A stretch of 64,000 bases of DNA from assembly GCF_009914755.1 (NCBI RefSeq), contig NC_060938.1; one strand, 5' to 3'. The translations under genes were made by a program, and so were the position numbers. This DNA is from the human T2T-CHM13v2.0 reference genome, Homo sapiens. This document shows positions 25,590-40,237 of this stretch, in pieces. Positions within the stretch are counted from its first letter, which is position 1. Every line of letters starts with the position of its first letter. The notes below the pieces were generated by a model. It worked only from the letters and a program-made list of their open reading frames with translations. It had not been told where the DNA came from and made no database searches.

Positions 25590-26732
25590 CAGCCATATTC
25601 CACTTTTACCTGTATCACAAGGTTTTCTGATTATTGTCACTATGTGGGAGAAGTCATTACTAAGTTACTATCAGAATCCCTGCCTCCAAGATACCCCTTG
25701 ACTCAACTGCCCCAAAACCCTCCGTTTGTTGAAGTCTTGAATTGGATCTTGGGTTTTAGAATAGAAACAAATACAGCTGTTAGGAATGGCTTCGATACAA
25801 ACTATGGAACTTGAAGAGATGTGGACCAGGGATTTGAGAAGGAAACTGTTCTTTCTTCTGCCAAAAATACAATTTGGTACTTGAAGGGGTACCTGGCACC
25901 CAGGGATGGAAACATTTTAAGTTAAGCACTTTACCTTTTAAATGCCACGTTAAAAATGAAATATATTCATAACAGATACTAACGAGGAAATATGGTCCTA
26001 TTAAGTGGAAATAGGTTATAAGGAAACAAACAGGTTTATCGTTAGAGCAGAAATAATGTTGAAAGCACTTTTTATAAAATACTATTTTATAAAAGCTATA
26101 GAAGCTTTGAATAAATCAGTTGGGCTACAGAGAACCTCAGTGAGAGGAGAGGAAGAAACCATAGGTTTCCCCTGTTGCGAATTTCATCCCTTATGCCCAA
26201 CAGATGAAGCAGAGAGAAGCTGAGAGCAAAAGCTAGAAAGCAGTTTCCACTTTGCGCTAAGGTGGAGGTGGCCAGAGGGTACAGCATGCATATCATTGCT
26301 TCATCGCTTCTGATCAGTCTCCTCCCCAAAATGATTTAATATCATCAACAACAATAAGTCTGAAACAAGCTCACACAGATATTTGGTGTAAATTATTTGG
26401 GGATTGCCAGAGGAAGAAAGTTGTAAAGGTGAAATCTATAGAAAGCAAATGAGAAATATGCAGGAAGGCTTGACAACCATTCTGTTACGCAGTTGAAGGA
26501 GATGTAATTACATGTGTTATATTGCAACCTGGTTCAAGGTGGGTTTTCTTTTTATTAAAAATTCAAGTCCTTTAGCATTTATATTTGCTGTCTGGATAAG
26601 AAAGTTCTACTTTCATATTTAAACTCATGGCTGTGATGTGGATTTCAGCTTAAAAGTATGCTTTTTCCCCAGACTCCAGAGACATGGCCAAAGTTTCATT
26701 GCCTACAAGATGGCAGCTCTCCCCAGTTTTCA

Positions 26733-27092
<360 letters not shown>

Positions 27093-27919
27093 CTATGCAA
27101 AGAGTTTTTAAGAGGGCTATTAATTCCTGTTAAGTCAACTGGAATAGAGAAGGATACAGGTACTTTTCCTGTGTGTAGAACCCAAAGTTTGAAACCACCT
27201 TTGAGGCACTGCACTAAGTATTTCATAGTCAAAAAGCACTTACCTGAAAATTAAAGCTGAAGGTTTTCTTTACTGATTTGAAGGGCATCTGGGAATTTCA
27301 TTTCGTAGAAACTCCACTTAAACATGGCAAGAGTTTCTCAAGATATAAAAATTCTCCCTGATTGTAACAAGTACTGAGACAGTGAACAAATCCTGTATGT
27401 CACATTTGATGACCTTAGCAATTATACAGACAGGGAAAATGTTTATCTTGATTTCTGCTACAGCAACACTGAAGCCAGAGGTGTCTGAGCTTTGGCTAAT
27501 GTCACTTGATGTAGGTCAGCCCTACTGTGAGCGTCAACCCTGGTTTCTAAATGTGCTGCTGGAGGAATCCCACTTCACTTCCAGTTTAAGTGTCAGCTGA
27601 GGCCTCGCCTGATCATTTGATTCAGAGTAGCCCTAGTTCTCACAACACTATCTGAATTTTCTACATATCACATCACAGACTAATATTGTTTATACCAGTC
27701 TTGTTTCCTCCTAATAAAATATAAGTGCCATGAAAGAACAGACCTTGTCTTTTCCTAGAACAGGTCCTGACACCTCTTAGATCCTCAGTAAATCTTTGTT
27801 ACATGAATGCATTTGAGCTTTCACTCTCTTGTTCTGACCTTCCCCACATTGTATTTAAAACCCAAGGGCTTCACATCAGGATCTACAGGTAAGAGAAGAA
27901 TTAGGGAAGCCCAGCTGAC

Positions 27920-28091
27920 CCTCGGATTGGATCCACAGCGATGGCACGGGGATTCACCAGATCTGTGTAGAAGAGGACCTTGCGCTCAGAGCCATCCAGC
28001 AGGGCGCTCTCTATCTTATCCAGGACACTGTCCGTCCAGTACATTGTTCTGCGGATGTGGTCTATGGCAAGTCCTTCAGGGCTTATCAGAC
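27920..28091 (-). CDS. NID2: NID2 exon 18 (YWTD repeat)
   Basis: [56 protein letters not shown]; ttccag| ... |gtcagc. Confidence 0.97.
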
Positions 28092-28597
28092 CTGGAAATA
28101 AAGCAAAGTCAGGACTGGAGTGTTTGCAGGATATGGAGGGCAAACCTGAAGCCCTCCAACGGTCGGGTGGGCAGGGGGGTCAGCAGGGGAAAGCAAAGCC
28201 CAAGTGTCTCCAAGTCCCCAAGAACCAGGTTAATAGAGAAACAAGTACTTTTGTTACATATTCCACTACCTCTAGCTTCTAGACCAGCAGACCTACCAGT
28301 TTGATGACAACCGGCATCCACAGTGCCAGAGCCAGGCTGAATAAACGAAGGCGTCACCCTGAATTCTTACCATGAATTCTTTTAAGAAGTGCGCACAGTA
28401 GGAATCACCTATTTCATTCCGTATGTATGAAGGTGTTTGCTTACAGAGGGGGCTAGTCTTATACAGCTCAATAAAATGACTTGCCTAGAACTTAACCTCC
28501 CCTAATGGAGAAAAATCGAGGGGAGACTTCGGCGTAAAGTAGACAAGTGACTTTGTAGAATCAAATGAAATGCAGACTGCTGAGTGAAGCTGCTGAC

Positions 28598-28727
28598 CTG
28601 AATTCACGATCGTCTCAGGCTCTGCTCCCAGTTCCAGACCAGCACGGCTGATTGTCCGTCCAGCAACATCTGTCCAGTACACCATCCTCTCCCGGCAGTC
28701 GTAATCAATTCCCACGATTATGGAGCC
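28598..28727 (-). CDS. NID2: NID2 exon 17 (YWTD repeat)
   Basis: [43 protein letters not shown]; acaaag| ... |gtcagc. Confidence 0.96.
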
Positions 28728-28869
28728 CTTTGTGCATCAAATCATAGAATTAGAAGAATTAGGTTACATTTCCCCTTTGTTCACACTCAGCTGCCTTGCT
28801 CATGCACAGCTGCAGTGAGCAACACTGCACTGTGATCCTGCAGGCAACAGAGCAGAGTAGCTGGACATG

Positions 28870-29080
28870 TGGGCACTCGGGTGAAATCTAGGCTCAGCCA
28901 CTTAGTAGCCATGTGGCTTTGGGCATTTAACCTCTATGCGTTTGTCTCATTTGCAAAATGAGGCCAATAGTGTACCTGCCTCATATGGTTGCTATAAAAA
29001 TTAATACTATAAGTGCTTGTAAAGTGTCCTAATCAGTAATTGGCATACAGTAAGCCCTTCAATAGGTGCTATTATGACTG
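28870..29080 (+). mobile_element. MIR
   Basis: ggctcagccacttagtagccatgtggctttggg...ctcatttgcaaaatgagg. Confidence 0.65.
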
Positions 29081-29365
29081 ATGATTTAAAAAAAAAAAAA
29101 AATCAGCCCCTTCAGTAATTAGAGGACATGGCCTTAAGCAAAATAAGTTTTTAATATTTTACTGGGTAAAAACTGAATCTTTTCCCAATGTCATCAGCAC
29201 TTTTCCCAGAGCCTTAATAAAATTTGCCACTATATGCCAACAAAATCTACTCTCCCCTCCTCTGTGAATGAGATCTTTCCTCTACCTGAAGTACAATCAC
29301 CTATACTCCTGCCCCTGACTCTTAGGAGGCAAGATGTTGGTTATATCCTGTACTAAAGAAAGTGT

Positions 29366-29658
29366 AGTCAGGCACAGTGACTCACGCCTGTAATCCCTGT
29401 CCGTTGGGAGGCCAAAGCAGGAGGATTGCTTGAGCCCAGGAGTTCGAGACTGAGCAACATAGTGAGACCCCGTCTAAAAAACAAAAAATAAATGAACTGG
29501 GCATGGTGGCACGCACCTGTAGTCCCAGCTACTCAGGAGACCGAGTTGGGAGGATCGCTTGAGCCCAGGAAGTCAAGGCTGCACCAAGCCGAGATGGTGC
29601 CACTGCACTGCAGCCTGGGCAACACAGAGCTACACCCTGTCTCAAAAGAAGGAAAAAA
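29366..29658 (+). mobile_element. Alu (AluJ-like)
   Basis: ggaggattgcttgagcccaggagttcgagac (J-type). Confidence 0.9.
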
Positions 29659-31330
29659 TCTAATTTATTGGGTTAAGGAACTAGGGAGTAGTGGTTATCC
29701 AACCTCTGGCTAGTGAGGTCTCTCCTCCTCATTGCTAAATAAATGACAAGTCTTTTAAAAAAATAATAAAAATAAAAAAAATGCTGAGTCTGATATTTTT
29801 CCTCAACTCCATGCAGAACTTGCTTCATTCAGTTTCCAATCCAGGCTCCTGCTCTGAGAAGCCCAGCAGATGTGCAAAGCCAACATTCAGGGGTTAGCTG
29901 GCTGTCCCTGAGGTCATACAAGTTCCTGCCTTGCCTAACAGCCTCCTGGGGCTTGGCTTCACTTACGCCCCCTGGGAGCGTAGTCAGCCAAGAAAGATTG
30001 TACAAAACGGGATTTGGCTTCAGTGGAAAAACAGGCAGCTTATATGGGGGGCGGGCCTAAGGTCAACTACACTTTTATTTGAAAATTGAAAAGTCGTTTG
30101 TCCCAGGCAAGAGTACACATTCAAATGAGCTTCCATTAACCCGGGAATCATGGGATTCATAAACCCATGTCATAACCTCAGGTTAGAGAAAAAGTCCCAG
30201 TTTAAGTAAATTTCCTTAAAATGTGCAAATAACCCACGTCCCATTTCTTTCAGTTCCACTACCACTACCATCACCACCCTGTCCTGGTCAGGGGCATGTT
30301 CAGAAAGGCAATCAAGCTCTATGACTTGAATAAAAGAGGGTTAGCTTAAAGTGATGTCAACTTCTTAGTCTCTACCTCTTCCAGAGAAAGTTTTACAAAA
30401 CAATGTGAGAGTTTTCTTGGGGGAGGGGACAGGACCCAACAAACTCGAATCTTAAAAAGAACACATCTCTTCCTAAACACTGGCTGCCTCTAAGCTTTTC
30501 TGGAACCAAATAAGTGTCGTTCATTAACAGAAGTAAATGTAAACTTGAATGCCGTACTATTCTTTCTCAGGGATGAGCAAGTGCCTGGAGTGTGAAGTTC
30601 AACAATGGAATCAGATGATTTTCCACTGTGTCGATGCCATTCGAGACAGCCACCCTTTTTTTTCCTCCATTTTTGAGAAAACCCGCTCCCCAAAATGGGG
30701 TGCCTTGCATTAGGGAGGCTGCTGGCTCAGGAAGCATCAAACATCCCCTGGGGAAGGCTCCATCCACTCCTCTCCCAGCATCACACACTCCTCAAGTTTT
30801 CATCTATGGAGTCAGGGAAGGTTAGGAAAGAAGTGGGTCAAAGGGACAGAACCAAAGTGAAAGGGAAGGGCTGCAACGGTGAGACAGTCATTAACTGACT
30901 TCCACTTGGAGTCCCCAACAAACCGCAGAGATCACACCTTGTGACTAGTTGTCCTGTCACTTTGATTTCCAGGATTTCCATGGAGATGTTATGACATACA
31001 ACCCTGGGGACTTAGGGTAAGAGTCGGTCCATTTTCCCTTGGATCACCATACAGCCTCCATGTGCTGACAACTCTAAAGTTCCCTTTCCATATTATCTGA
31101 AACTCCATGAACGAACCAGAGAGCACAGCCTTGGTCAGTGACAGGTGACTCCCAGCAAGAGAGAGCCCTGGTCCTATGGTGGTGGCATCGGGCCCATGCC
31201 GATGGGCTGCAGCTCAGAAACCCTCCAGGACTTCCCTGCACCAGTCCACCTCACTGCAACAGGGCCTGTGAGGTGGCTCCCACTGGGAAAGCCACGCAGC
31301 CCTGCCCCCTACAGGAGAAATCCACTTTAC

Positions 31331-31500
31331 ATGCAGAGACAGCAGGGTCTTAGCTGCATCCTTCTGAAGCCTGGTGCCATTGAGGGGTAAGTAGCCAATC
31401 TGCTGGCCCTGAGTATAGAGCAGGAAGGTGCCCACAGATGGAGGGGTCACATCTGGCCGGGGCGTGGGCCGGACCATGGGTGGAGCGACGGTGGGTATAC
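31331..31500 (-). CDS. NID2: NID2 exon 16 (linker and start of G3)
   Basis: (C)[56 protein letters not shown]; cccacag| ... |gtaaag. Confidence 0.96.
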
Positions 31501-32097
31501 CTGTGGGAGAGAGGGTGGGAGAGCAGGAAGGGGAACAAGGGCAGGCAGGGAGATGGGAAGAAAAGTTACTTTACCACATACCAGAGCCTCCAAAAATATC
31601 AAAAGTTCTTCGCCCTACGCAGATGTGCTCCAGATGTTCTTCAAAAGAAATTCTAATTTCTAGGGTTTTTTTAAGGATCAATTATGTAAATCTGCCATTT
31701 ACTAGGGAAGAAGACAGCAAAACACTTCCCTCAGAACAAAGCAGAACAGATTTTTTTTTCAAGAGAAAAAAAAAACAGAGCCAGCATTGTGTCAGCTTCC
31801 TTTTAGGACTCCAGAGTGACACGTGTCCCCTGTCACCCTGGGCTGGGGAGGGGGAGTAACTGCCTGCTGAACCGAGTTGCAGATGTTCCAATTATGGAAG
31901 CTGCTAATGACAAAAACCAGACACCAAACGCAAATTGGGATCTTGTGTGGACCAGATTATAAATCAACATAGCACATAGTGACTTCTTTCATTAGACCTG
32001 GTGACCCCACATGTCCCCCCACTTCACCACAGCAGGCACCATCCCTAGCAAAGGCCTTAGATACAGCTGAGGGGAGCGGGGGCGGCCAGGTGCTTAC

Positions 32098-32319
32098 ACG
32101 CAGGGGTGGTGCCTGGCTGGGAGCGGGTGCCCTGCACCTCTCTGCCATCTTTGTCCACACACCAGCAGAAGTCGCTCTTTCCGTGGCACTGCAGGGGGAT
32201 GAAGTGGCCCAGGTCATCGCACTGGGGCACGTACTGGTCATCCCGGGGGGTGCCACCGTAGTGCTCCAGCAGGTTTTCCCTCCAGCGCTCACAGATGGTC
32301 GGGGGCCTCTGGGTGGGCT
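32098..32319 (-). CDS. NID2: NID2 exon 15 (thyroglobulin type-1 domain 2)
   Basis: (E)[22 protein letters not shown]...[31 protein letters not shown]; CWCV motif. Confidence 0.96.
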
Positions 32320-33469
32320 CTGAGCAGATGGGGAAGAGGGAAGAAGAAAAACCTTTGATTGTGAGTCAAGGACAGAATGCAAAATGTAGCTCAAGACCCC
32401 ATGCCTGGCCTCCTGGCCTTCCTTCTCCTACTGTCCAGGTCTCAGCCAAGCCCGTGGACACCAAACTTGGGAAGCAAATGTGTTCTAAGTACTTCTCCAC
32501 CATGGGAATCAGAAATAGATCATGTGATGCTTCTTTCTTGCCAGGAGGGTCTGTCATCAAGGCCCAGCCACATCAAGAAAGAACAAGAGGAGGTAAGATC
32601 AGCAGTGCAGCTCACTCAGCCTGGGAAGGGGCATGATCTCCTTCTGGCCAGGAGAGGCCCACAAGGCCCATCCTGCCTGTACCTCGGGCGCCTCTGCTGA
32701 CAGAGCACTTGTGCAGGTGATCCTTGGGGACTCAGTAGCCGAGGTGATGCTTAAAGCCAATTTGTATTCATTCCCCACTTGCTTCAAGCTTCAAGCTCGA
32801 AGCTGCTGAGGAGAGGGCCATCTTGCGACTGGCCAGTGTGTGTCTTAGAAAGTATTACTGAAAGCCCAGCGCCACGGTGCCCTCTGTCTACCCACTGGAA
32901 AACTACATGGAGTAAAGGTAAAACTGAGTGGAATTAGTAGTAAAGCATAGCAGAGGTGGTGGCAAACAGCTTAAAAATGGTTCTTCCACAGCCCAGTTTC
33001 CAGAATTGCTTTAGCCACCCTGCGCCTGGGATTATCTCAAAGCTGAATCTTTTCCTGCAGGCTCTAGCTTCCTGCCGTGTTGCCCTTTCCCCCCCTTTCT
33101 CCAGCATCCTCTCCTCTTGTCCCCTCCCTCACAGCTCACTCCATGGTTGAAGTCCTGCTGGCTTTGGTTGCAAAGCAGTTTCCTCCCAGGCTGCTTCCAC
33201 AGTGCCATTGAGGCTTTGTCCAAAATACAGGTTGTTCTGAGAAGACTCTGCTGCAGAAGGTTATTGAGATAACTTGTTCATTTATGTTAGGACTACCCAA
33301 AGGAACTTAAACAAGAGGAGGTGCTTCTCCTTCCTTTTTAATTCCTGCAACTTAAAGCACATGGTCTGCAGAATCACATAGCCAATAACCCTACTTGCTA
33401 CCACCATTTAGATGTATAATAGAAATCAGAAACTAATAGAAACTGAGCCCCTGCCTTCACCATCAAACC

Positions 33470-33850
33470 AGCTGCTCCCCTGGTCTTTCCCATATGAGTA
33501 AATGGCACCTCCATTTTTCCACTGCTCAGACCTAATTATCCTTGACCCTCCTTTCTCTCACCATCCACATTTGATATGTCAAAAACTCTTTTTAGGGGTA
33601 ACTTCAGAATCCACTTAGAATATCTTTACTTCTCACTACTGCACCCCCTCACCCTGGTCAAAAAGCCTCATCCTCTCCCTGCAATTTCTGCAACAGCCTT
33701 CCCACTGGTTTTCCTGCTTCCACCCTTCTATGCCCTCACTCTCTCCAAAACCAGTGTAAATTCAATTAGCAGCAGCCAGAATGGCCCATTTTAAACATAA
33801 AGGCATTTCATGTCACTCCGTTCAAAACCCTCCAGTGACTCTAAAGAACA
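33470..33850 (+). mobile_element. L2 fragment
   Basis: agtaaatggcacctccatt...tcatgtcactccgttcaaaaccctccagtgact. Confidence 0.6.
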
Positions 33851-34860
33851 AAGCTGGGAGCATTATGATCAGGTTCCAGCACCTACAATTCCTCTTGGAA
33901 CACAAAAGACTGCGAATGAAGTTGTCAGAGCTCAAACCCAACTAGCTCTAGCTCAACTGCACGACTCACCAGAATTGGGGGAAGCGAATGCCGTTAAGTT
34001 GTCACTGTAGCTCATGACCCATGGGAGACAAAGCTCTTTTTAAGACCCCGTGGAGAAGGTAAGACTCTGACTTCTTCAGCCAAATGTGTCTCAAGGAACA
34101 CAGAGAGGGAAATGCTACTTCCTCAAACACTGCAGGATTTCCTGGAGAAGTTCCCAATTCCACCCCTGCTCCACATTCAGAACTCCAAGGATCCATTTTT
34201 GCTTTAAGGGACCACCCTGTGCTATGTGTCTGCATTCCAAACAAAGAGACATGCCTAACTCCTGGGAAATGGGTGTCCCAAATCACTCATACATGGGCAT
34301 CCCTTTCATTCGTTACTATTTGCTACTTTTCAACCCAACCATGAATTTCTTTCTCTTGTGCTTCTGGTTGGCAAGGGTTTAAGTATTTTGAAATTGTGGG
34401 CACAGAGCGTCCTTACCCTCCCTCAAGCTGACCCCATCAAACATGAGACCAGTCAGAGATAGCAGTTGGGGCCAAACCAGCGCCGAGAGAGTGTGGGCAG
34501 GAAAAAGTCCGCACAAGAGAACACGACCCTATTTTCGTCATTCACTTCTCAGTCTCTTGGTTCCCCCCCCTTTAAAATCTTGGTTCCCCCTTTAAAATCA
34601 TTGTCCTTAACACATGCCTGTCTTAATAAATTTAATCGAATTCTGAACCATTCCCCAAAGGCACCTCCCAACCATTTGATTTCTTCAAATCCCAGATGGA
34701 GTTAGAACCAAGACATTTTCAAAGAGAAGGCATGAGGGAAATAGAATTTCTCTGTACCTTTTTTGGACCTTTAAAATCTTTTCCTAAAAATAGAAACAAA
34801 GAGCGACTATGGATCAAACCATTACCAATTTTTACCTATCTGAGAACCGCCAAGACCTGA

Positions 34861-35160
<300 letters not shown>

Positions 35161-36104
35161 AACAGTTAACACCATTAAAAGGGAAAAAAACTATTGGTAA
35201 TTCTCCAGTTCTTCTTACTTTCACACATTAAAAGCCAAGACTAGTATTTATGGAACCCTTCTCAATAGTAAAAATGGATCTTTGGATAGCAAGCTGTGTC
35301 GGAATCATTTTGGCTAAAACGGTATCAAGCCAATCCTATGCTCTTCATTAAATAAAGTTCTTCTGTAATGATTAAAGAAACAAGTTTTACCTATCCCTGA
35401 ATAATTCAACAAGGAACAGAAAGTTGCCTTATCTGCCTGCTGTTGGAATCGACTGTGAGCACTTGATCACCATGCCCCACCCAGCTGGGGAATGCTCTAG
35501 ATGGTAGCAGGCATGTTCTCAGGTTGTATGGGCTAACAGAAACCAGATGTCTGTGCCTCCTCTGAGATGTTGGGCTGGGTTACAGAGGGCTGGGATTGTC
35601 AGTTTAGAGAAAACTAACTGGCTCCACTAGCAGGTGTTATTTTTCTAATTTTTCCTATTGATACTAACAGAGCGTTCATACTGTTTCCTGCCATTCAGAA
35701 GGCAGAGGTAAGTGAGATAGTTACATAGGAAAGCAGTTTTCCTTCTGGTCAAAACGCCAGTCTGGCCAGATCTTCTAACTGTCAGATCTCCCTAAGCTGC
35801 TCTATAACAGGTCTAGGGTAGTGTTCTCAGTCTGACCTACATACACAATCTCAACTTTCAGTTTGTACTGGACAAGGGTCTAAGAGGCAAATGTGTAACA
35901 GATCATATGTGTCATGTATTGCATATCTCTATGTCCTTATGACACAAACATGCATATTTGTACGCACTATTATTCAAGTCTTCTCAGGAGGAAAGAGGCT
36001 ATGAAGGATGGTGACTGGCCCCGTGCCTGCGTGGTCTGGGCAGGAATTATGATCTACCTACCACCAGTGCCATTCTGCTTCTTGAGCCCCAGGCCTAAGC
36101 TCAC

Positions 36105-36338
36105 CTGGTGATGGTCCACAGTGAGGCGGGGTGGAGCCAGGTGGAGTCTGGGTACCAGGAACTTCATGACCATCAGGGTCCACGCACCAGCAGAAACCAG
36201 TGCTGCCATGACACTGTAGGGGCAGGAAGTTGCCCTGCTCGTCGCATTGGGGGATGTGGAACCGGGCCCCAGGGTAGGCATACTGGGCCTGGGCATGGCG
36301 CTGCTGTTGTTCACAGGGTGTCAGGCTTGAGGTGGAGT
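36105..36338 (-). CDS. NID2: NID2 exon 14 (thyroglobulin type-1 domain 1)
   Basis: (D)[16 protein letters not shown]...[37 protein letters not shown]; ggaag| ... |gtgagc. Confidence 0.96.
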
Positions 36339-37102
36339 CTTCCAGGATCAAGGCAGAGGAAGACACAAAAGAGAAATAGAAGGCATTGCAACCCATCCAC
36401 TTCACCAGCCCACAGCGTGGCATGGAAAAGCGCTGGGATTTTGGAGCCCGAGATTCTTATTTTATAATACCTTGCCACTATTTACCTCATTTCTCTCCAG
36501 TTCTTCTAGTTCATCCTATAGGTCCCTAGCTGGCTCTAAGTGTAAAGCAGCCCGGCCCCTCCCTATTGTCATCTGGGGAAAATGAGGGATAGCGGTGGCA
36601 TCTGCCCAACATCCCAAGAGACTCTGGAGAAAACAAGCCAAAGCTCATTCATGCCCTGAGGCCCACAGGTTAAGTCTGAGAAGCTGCAAGCCAACGGCAC
36701 TCACCACTCACGAGACTGCACCAAGCTAGCCAAGCTCCTCTAACACGGTCGCCACGGGCTTAACCCTGGCTACCGGCGCATAAGGCTCTGCTTAATAAGC
36801 TTGATCTCAACACTTCATCCAAATTGCACTCATCAAGGTCAAGCAGATCACTAGGGCAGTTAACCAGAGGGGCTATGAGGTAGGACGATGGGTGGGTCGT
36901 CTCCCGCAGGCCTCCAGAAATGTTACGAATCAGTGAACTATCAGTAAACTAGGCAGCAGGAGGTAACCAAGGAAAAAAATCCACAGCTTGGAAAATCCAC
37001 CAAGGCTCCAGACCAGGCTAAATCAAGAGTGGGCTGTCATAGAAAAATATCCTTGAAGGAGCTAAGAGATTCATGTGCCTAATCTGGCCCTCTGAAACTT
37101 AC

Positions 37103-37222
37103 CAGGTATGCACTGAAATCCATCCCCATAATATCCGGGTTGACAACGGCAGGAGAAGGAACCAGGAGTATTGTAGCAGGTAGCTGCAGGGTGACATCTG
37201 TTTTCTGAGCATTCATCTACAT
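37103..37222 (-). CDS. NID2: NID2 exon 13 (calcium-binding EGF)
   Basis: (D)[39 protein letters not shown]; ctgcag| ... |gtaagt. Confidence 0.96.
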
Positions 37223-39699
37223 CTGCAGAGGTCAGAAACAGAAGAAAGAAGCAAAGAACACTATGACTTCACTCACACAATCTGTGCGACTGCATGGGCT
37301 TTGGATATGTGGATCAACACCCAGTGAGGTGTCAGCTTCAGAAGACCTTTGAGCATGAGCAGAAAAATGCTGACACCTAAAGGTAAGCTTAATAGAAAGG
37401 AAGAAAAAAAATCAAGGAACATGTGAGTTAACACACTAGACTAAACGTGTTCAGTGTAGAAATCAAATGGGTAGTCGCTCACAGAAAAAAACAACACATC
37501 TTACAGCATGTTTCATTGACAGTGAATTCAAGGAAGTTATTACCTTTGAACTAACCTTTAGACTATAAGTCATTAACTTCCTTTCAGCAATGCTGCAATA
37601 AAGACAAATATATCCAACAATGGTTTTTTTTTCTTTCGTTGTTGGCACCATCTCCCTGTAACATTCGTCTGTAGATGCAAAGGAGCCAGATGAGGCCCAA
37701 ATATTTTTCAGCTAAGAAGCACATTCTGTCTTGACTAATTAGAATCTTACTATCTAGAACCACACCCCCATTAACCAGGTATTTTCTTTACTTTCCACTT
37801 TTAGAAGAAATAAGAAAAAAATATTATCTAGGGTTTTGAAATAATACTTACAAAATGGAAATCTAAATTTGCCAGGCATATCAGTACAAACAATTCAGGC
37901 CCCTACACTCTCCACATAGCACCATGAGGATTAATTTTCACCATCATATTTCTCAAAACAACAAAATCCTGACACTTCAAACAAAAGCCAACTTACATTC
38001 CTTTTATTTAATGAAATCCGCATATGCCGACAATAGCAAGTCACCCACCCCTCCCATCCCCAGCAGAAAAAAAGCAGCTCTGAGAATTGAACGGTTAAAA
38101 CTAACGCCCAAGGGATGAGATAAGCTACTTTAAGAGACAGGAAGTCTTTCAGAGTAAAAGGAGGATAAACAAAGGGTGTAGGTCCGATTAAGGCTTGGCT
38201 GAAAATAAAACAAAGCAGTAGTTCCATCCATAGTAATAACCAAGTTTCTTTAAAATGTGTGAATAGAAAAAAAAAAATGTGGGATGGTGTGATCAGTGTG
38301 AAACCTAGAAAATGAGAATGTGTTGCATCAATACGGTGCAGCCCATGGTAGAGACACATCAGCATGGGAAGACAGATATTTGAAGCCCTAAATTTGATGT
38401 GAATGGGTTGGGAACAGGGCTAGCTCCTCACCCAGGCTCCCATGACCCACATGGAACCTCTTCTAGAGTTACCTGCACCACCCTTTGTCCAGACCACACT
38501 GTCACTGGGTCATCCTCTAATAACTAATGTGCTTTCTCGAATACCATTAAGTACACACACTGGGCATTAAGCGTAGGTGTTCTGTTCCCTAGAGAGGAAT
38601 CTCTTATGTTATAATTAGAAGGTAAGTATTCTGCTTATCTTCTGTCTCTGGGGAGTTTAGTCAGCATATATCAGTTCCTAGGAGTCCTCCCCCAAAAATT
38701 CTGAACTCAATGCAACCCATAGAGTCTCCACCCAGGTGAGTGGTTGGCCTCCCTGGATACCATCATTTCGCCTATAAAGGCAAGAAAGCAGATATCAATT
38801 CATCTGCAAGGGTAGAAACAAACCAGATTGGCTCCTCAGTTACCCTGAAATCAACCAATGTTGTCATAATTATCCCTGAGCTTGGCTCTGCCTCTTCAAC
38901 AGGACAATTCAAATGCCCAGCTGGGCAAAACTGGTGACCATCCAATACCTTGGACCTGGAATAGGCTGTAAAACTGGCTGTAAAACTAAACCTGTAAAAA
39001 TTAACATTCAGCCGAATGCAGGAAATTAAAGCTATTCACAATACGCATGCTAAAAGTACTTCTAATGGTAACAGGAACCCCAAGCAATGACAGGAAGCAG
39101 GAATTCCTGAGACACAGGGCCTATTTCTGGAGCCCATGGAGCAGTTTCTTATTGTTACTTTTGAACTCAAGAGAGAGGGGATTCCCCAGAGCTACCAAAT
39201 AAATCAACGGTGTGCTTAGAACCTTCAGCCTAAGAATTCTGACTCAATCTGAAAGACCAGCCTTCCTCCCCACAGATACTGTTGGCATCATCAAAGATAC
39301 TAAAGTTCTGGGTAGACAGAAACTATTAGAAATGACCAACAAGGAGGAGAAAGTCCCCAAAGAGACTGAAGATATCACAAGTGAGAAATTCCTGCCCCAA
39401 AGATTGAGACTCCCTGAATTCGCAGTCCTGACTCCTCCTTGGAGGGCCTCTCACACCATGATAGAGACTAGAGTCCCGGGACCTGGGCATGCACAGGACA
39501 TCAGATGTCAAGAGAGAAAACATGGAAAGACTTTCAGCCCCCTGGCAAGGGAGGAACTTTATTGGAGAAGGAGAAGGAGGCCACTGCTTATGCTTAGTCA
39601 TTACTAGCAGGGGCCTGTAGGGACTGCTATAAAGACAAAAACGTTCAAGAAGTCGTAGAGCCCCTTTATCACTCAGGTAATGAGAGGTAGCTTAATCTC

Positions 39700-40155
39700 A
39701 GTGCAATCCTACACTCTATTAAGCTAGTAAAGAACCTGTTTGGAAAATGTGTTAAAAATCCTTCGAGTTCATGCTTTCGTGCTTCAACATCCTTCTCACT
39801 GCCCAAGTACTGAGCAAAACCAGCAGGAACTGTTGGATGATAAACCTAACCCCTGGCCTCGAGTTCCCCCAGGCTCCCGCCCCTTCACCACTGCCCACTT
39901 GCCTTTGAGCCCAGTGAAATTTCTTGGCATCAATTAACCTCAAACCCATCCCAGATCCCAATAAAGGATTCAACCCACAGGTCCCACTCTCTCTCTACTG
40001 CACAATCTGTTCAATTGGGCACCCTGCTGATTGTACCCCTGTGTGGCATGTGGTGAACCCACTCCAGACCTGTAAGTGTAATAAACTACTTCCTTTCAAG
40101 CTTCATCCTTGCCTCCTCCTATAACCACACTGATTTTACCATACCATACCCAACA
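39700..40155 (+). mobile_element. ERVL-class LTR (MER74/MER54-like); 5' boundary uncertain
   Basis: cccaataaagg...gtgtggcatgtggtg...cctgtaagtgtaataaac and a ...aaca terminus. Confidence 0.55.
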
Positions 40156-40237
40156 TCTACCTACATTCTTGGAACAGGAAACCTGGCCAGGCACATAATG
40201 GAGATCATGCTTTCGTTATCAAAGAAGAGAGAAGCTA

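Noticed and set aside
27807-28304. 165-aa + strand ORF (also 31428-31859, 36108-36467, 55790-56116)
   Set aside because: Antisense shadows of NID2 exons; no recognisable protein
39212-39607. 131-aa ORF as a possible processed pseudogene or nested gene
   Set aside because: Non-ATG start, no recognisable homology, no poly(A)/TSD; adjacent to an ERVL-like LTR. A BLAST search would settle it
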